From NCBI GenBank assembly GCA_020184695.1, contig JAANOX010000059.1:62001-126000 (forward strand): a DNA stretch of 64,000 nt, read 5' to 3'. Of this stretch, positions 62,007 through 64,000 are shown one piece after another; within the stretch, counting starts at the first letter, position 1; every line of letters starts with the position of its first letter. Under the pieces are notes generated by a model. The model saw only the letters and a program-made list of their open reading frames with translations. It was not told the DNA's origin and ran no database searches. The stretch comes from Histomonas meleagridis 2922-C6/04-290x (Eukaryota; Protista; Parabasalia). Position numbers and translations under genes: made by a program.

Positions 62007-62310
62007 TAAATTCTTTCCTGAAATTTTAAAAAATGGCAACACATTTTTTAAAAAAGTTTTATAACATGTTTCGTTTGATTTTTGTAAGCCCTTTTTATAC
62101 CACCTCATGGGTAGAAATATTATTTCTTTAGAATTTGTAATAAAATAAGGTTTTCCATTTGTCAGATATTTGACTAAGTTTGTTGCCATATTTGAATAGA
62201 TATTGAAATATATTTCACTAAGTCTGTTGCCATATTTGAATGTCTCGCAGTTTGAATGTTCGCACGAACAGACTACTCTCAATTCTGAGGACGTTTATTA
62301 TAACAATAAA

Positions 62311-63280
62311 ATGAAACAAAAAGAGTTAAGCAAAGAAGAATAAATAAATATAATATCAATGAGAAACCAAAATTTATTATTTGGAGTAATATCTTCTTCG
62401 GTAGGTCGACCGAATTCTACTATATTTAGTTTTTACAAAAATTGTGAAAATACTCATGAATTGTTTTGCCAAAAGGGGACCAAAGATTAAACAAACTGAA
62501 GAACTACAAAATAGGGTGATTTGAGAAGTACAGAACTCACCATTTTTAATTCTAAGAGATCAAGCAGAGAATTATCATTCTAGTCATGAAACAATTCATA
62601 CAATTGCAACGAACAGTGGACAAAATCATAAAGTAAAAGATATGCTACCATTGGATGAAAAACACAAAGCAACTAGATTATAGTAATTATATATTATCTT
62701 ATCCTTCAATGCCATCTCTTATTTCTACTGATGAAAGTATGGTTCCACAAAACATGAAAAAGAGAGGAATTTGGAGAAAAAGATATTGTTATCCAGAAGG
62801 TTCGTTCGCTTTCAATGAACAGCATCCAATTTCTCCGATGGTTTGGGGAGGAATTGGGCCAAATGGGTTTAAAACTCTTGACCTTAAGTGTTCACCACGA
62901 ATGATCGCTTTGACAGATGCCTCAATGCTCGCAGAAAATATTATTTTATATTTGATTGGACAAAGTATTCCCAATTTTATTTGGCGATAGGATGGAGCAG
63001 GTCCTCATCAGCCATGTCATGAAATTATTGAACAAATTTTGAATGGAAGAAGGAAGTTAAGTGTTTTTCGCCAGATTTATCACCCATAGAGCAATTATGG
63101 GTAATAATCAAAGAAAAATATCGAGGTAGAATTTTCCGAAACAAAGATGAATTATACTTAGCAATGAAAGGAGAATGGAACCGAATTCCACAAGAAACTA
63201 TCATTAATTTGTATGATTCAGATTATTACATATGTATTGTATGCATACAACATAATGGTGAATGCCTAAATCAATACTGA
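62311..63280 (+). pseudogene. Tc1-like transposase pseudogene
   Basis: N-terminal HTH-like region, then STDES, MVWGGIG, *DGAGPH and SPDLSPIEQLW..IK; several in-frame stops and frameshifts. Confidence 0.85.
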
Positions 63281-64000
63281 AATGAAATAAAAGTCATTTC
63301 ATAAATTGCATTACATAATAAGTAAACAATTCGAAAAAATTCTGGACCTTGCTTTAGTAATTGAATAAGGACAAATGGTATACAATTTAATTGACTAAGT
63401 TTGTTGGCATGGAAATGATCGGCGCCATTCATATATGATCAAAATTGGAGAAAAATAAAAAGATGATATGATACGTTGCATTCTTTAGTTCAATCATCTA
63501 CAAATGTTTTTGATAAACGTCCAAAAATTTATATTGAAGCTTTTCGACATATGTCCACATTTTTGAGCTATGATGAATATGTCAAAAGAATTGGAAACAC
63601 CATTGCAGTATGGCTTTTTGTACACGATTAAAATTAGAGATTAGGTTTTTATAAAAGAAATTATTATCTGATTTTATTGATTTAAAGTTATTATTAAGAA
63701 AGAACTTATGATTCAAAAATATGATAAATATTCAACATTAAATATAGAACAAGATAATTTCCTTGTCTAAAACTCTATCATTAAACCCTTCACGTTTCTC
63801 ATGAGTGTGATTATACCAACAATTACGGATTATGAAAGGTTCTGAACATTTATAATATCAATATACTCCACATGTCACGAAATATGATTACAGATAGTAA
63901 TTATCTTAGTTAGATATCTCCATTGAGAACATCTTTTTCCTTTGGAATTTTTTATATTTTTCATATGAATTGCATATATGCAATTTTTATGATCATGACA

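Noticed and set aside
62102-62114. ACCTCATGGGTAG shared with the MULE TIR
   Set aside because: An isolated 13-nt match that does not extend, so it cannot support a second MULE remnant.
1262-63000. Many short antisense or alternate-frame ORFs in the supplied track (e.g. 1262-1486, 16658-17035, 28660-29079, 58290-58604)
   Set aside because: They are shadows of real genes or low-complexity regions, with no independent motifs.
63410-64000. Possible decayed coding sequence at the right edge (and at ~3060-3240 and ~11940-12250)
   Set aside because: Protein-like fragments are present but no family could be recognised, so they are not reportable as features.

Overview
This is AT-rich, gene-dense, essentially intron-free eukaryotic DNA. 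It is almost certainly from a parabasalid (Trichomonas/Tritrichomonas/Histomonas group). The basis is a histone H3 with the parabasalid-type tail, an IBP39-type initiator-binding-domain gene, BspA-like LRR surface proteins and Inr/M2/M3/M5-type core promoter motifs; the species cannot be fixed from the sequence alone. About 30 intact genes are present (V-ATPase c, RPB10, RAD1, RRP40, eL43, eL20, H3, PSMA5, FOR20, BEACH, CARMIL-like, Rab/Rho GTPases, degenerate GAPs, a multi-C2 protein and a bacterial-type methyltransferase), plus one tRNA-Glu. The accessory content is: (i) ankyrin repeats that each look selected as protein but are separated by a conserved ~77-nt stop-containing, frame-breaking spacer with no GT-AG solution (two loci); (ii) two copies of a NEK-kinase/Rab-like fusion whose GTPase switch region has been exchanged; (iii) several BspA genes and fragments showing module swapping; and (iv) a terminal nest of three DNA transposons, including a Pack-MULE-like element (341/340-bp TIRs, 9-bp TSD) carrying a BspA fragment. 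All family calls are by motif recognition, not database search. Some single-base frameshifts in homopolymers may be assembly errors.
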